Below the pieces are notes generated by a model. The model was not told the DNA's origin. It worked only from the letters and a program-made list of their open reading frames with translations, and ran no database searches. From Mobula hypostoma (lineage: Eukaryota), in the NCBI RefSeq assembly GCF_963921235.1, contig NC_086108.1:89592001-89656000 (forward strand): a stretch of DNA of 64,000 nt, in the 5' to 3' direction. The translations under genes were made by a program, and so were the position numbers. Shown here one piece after another: positions 62,310 through 64,000 of the stretch. Position 1 is the stretch's first letter, and the number at the start of each line of letters is the position of its first letter.

Positions 62310-64000
62310 CCAGGTCAGATGAGAGATAACCCAGGTCAGGTTTCAGACCACAGTACCCAGGTAGATTCTTCGCATGATGGCGGTGGTGAGGAGGTAGAGA
62401 AGAAGAGGAAGGTCAAGTGGCCAGTAATGGCAGATGAGAAGGCTTGGCGTGTATTTGATGAGGATATCAGTATGATGTTGGAGAACACTGTCAGGGGAAC
62501 ATCGAAGAGAAAGTTAGAAGTGATGGGCAATATGATTTACGATGTTGGAAAGTACAGGTTTGGTTTGGTTGAGTTGAAGAAAACAAAGCCTACACAGCAA
62601 CCAAGCAGGCGCCAGAAGGAGATTAGTAGGTTGAGGAGAGAACTTAGATCGTTGAGACAGAGGTGGAAGGTAGCAAGTGAGGGTGACAAGCCAGGGTGAC
62701 AAGCCAGGGCTTGCTGATCTCCGAGAGCATTTTCGAATAAAGTTAGCATCACTCCATCGTGCAGAGTCACAACGTAAAAAGAGAAAGAAGAGAGAGAAGG
62801 CAAGAAAGTCGTTCTTTGAGAACCCTCACGAGTTCACAAAGAAACTGTTTGAACAAAGTAAGAGCGGGCAGCTTAACATCTCTCAACAAGAACTTGAGGA
62901 TCACCTAGCAAGCACTTACTCTAACAAACAGCAGGAGGCTCCTTTGCTTGACATTTCAGGGCTTGTGAAGCCTACCAAGCCAGGAGTGAAGTTTGATCTG
63001 TCAAACCCAAACTGGCAGAAGTCGAACGGTTCATCAGAAAGGCAAGGTCAGGCTCAGTGCCAGGACCTAATGGAGTGCCATATAAAGTGTTCAAGAAGTG
63101 TGAACAGCTGAGGAAATACTTGTGGAGATTGACAAAGGTGGTGTGGAGACAAGGTGTTGTTCCTTTGTCATGGAGTGAGGCTGAAGGAGTATACATCCCG
63201 AAGGAAGCGAATTCTTCTACATTGAATCAGTTCCGACCAATTTCACTCCTGAATGGAGAGGGGAAGATTATGTTTGGCATTCTGGCAGAAAGAATATCTT
63301 CATTTGTGATTGAAAATGGATTAGTAAATACATCTGTGCAGAAGGCAGGAATACCAGGCTTCCCGGGATGCCTTGAACATTCTAGTATGATATGGCATAA
63401 CATCCAGGAGTCAAAAAGATTGAGAAGAAATCTGGCTGTAGTTTGGCTTGATCTGGCAAATGCGTATGGTTCTGTTCCCCATGTCCTGATTGAGTTTGCA
63501 GTGGAATTCCTATGGATTCCTGCGAAGGTGAGGAACTCGGTTATGCAGTACTACAATGATTTCCGGATGAGGTTTTCCACTCAGCAGTTTACAACTAGGT
63601 GGCAGAGTCTGGATGTTGGAATCCCAATGGGATGTGCAATTTCACCCATCCTTTTTGTGTCAGCCATGGAGGTTATTGTGAGGGCTGTAGAATCAGTGGG
63701 ACCAGGTGTCGCACTTGATGGCGGAGAAGAGTTACCACCAATACGAGCATTCATGGATGATCTTACCCTTTTGGGTCCCAGCATGGAGCCAGTGGAAAAT
63801 GTACTATCTAGACTCGAGGAGCTAATGGATTGGGGAAGAATGAAGTTCAAGACCAAGAAGTCAAGGAGCCTTGTTCTTAGGAGAGGAAAGCTGGTTGACT
63901 TTCATTTCACCCTTTGTGGAGAGGAGATTCCATCCATTCAGGACCAACCAGTTAAGAGCCTCGGGCGATGGTACACAGAGGAGCTGAGAGACACTAAGAG
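62310..64000 (+). mobile_element. HERO-like (R2 group) non-LTR retrotransposon, RT region, runs off the window end
   Basis: From 63003 the frame reads ..RKARSGSVPGPNGVPYKVFKKC..FRPISLLNGEGK..VQKAGIPGFPGCLEH..VVWLDLANAYGSVPH..GIPMGCAISPILF..RAFMDDLT; upstream frameshifts near 62690 and 63002. Confidence 0.85.

Overview
Vertebrate genomic DNA, most likely a cartilaginous fish (ray/shark-type repeat families; inferred, not proven). The only host-gene sequence I can support is two + strand coding exons of a phospholipid phosphatase-related gene, best matching PLPPR5 (28916-29048 and 59762-60015, with compatible splice phases), so most or all of the window is probably intronic. The introns are packed with transposons: CR1 LINEs (including an ~12.5 kb nested pile at 12.6-25.1 kb), Rex1/Babar LINEs, a young 5'-truncated L1 with a long open ORF2, a HERO/R2-group RT element running off the right edge, tRNA-derived SINEs, RTE-type non-autonomous elements, and hAT, Tc1, Harbinger and Tigger/pogo DNA elements. 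The most striking signal is the Penelope-like (GIY-YIG) retroelement family. Its terminal repeat carries a minimal hammerhead-ribozyme motif (agtc-CTGANGA-stem II-GAAA-N-NTH-gact), present about ten times in the window. It has also produced three fold-back insertions (about 0.2, 0.2 and 2.2 kb), each flanked by a clean target-site duplication and each with a ~40-nt tail on one arm only. TE boundaries without a stated TSD/TIR are approximate, and family names come from recalled motifs, not database searches.
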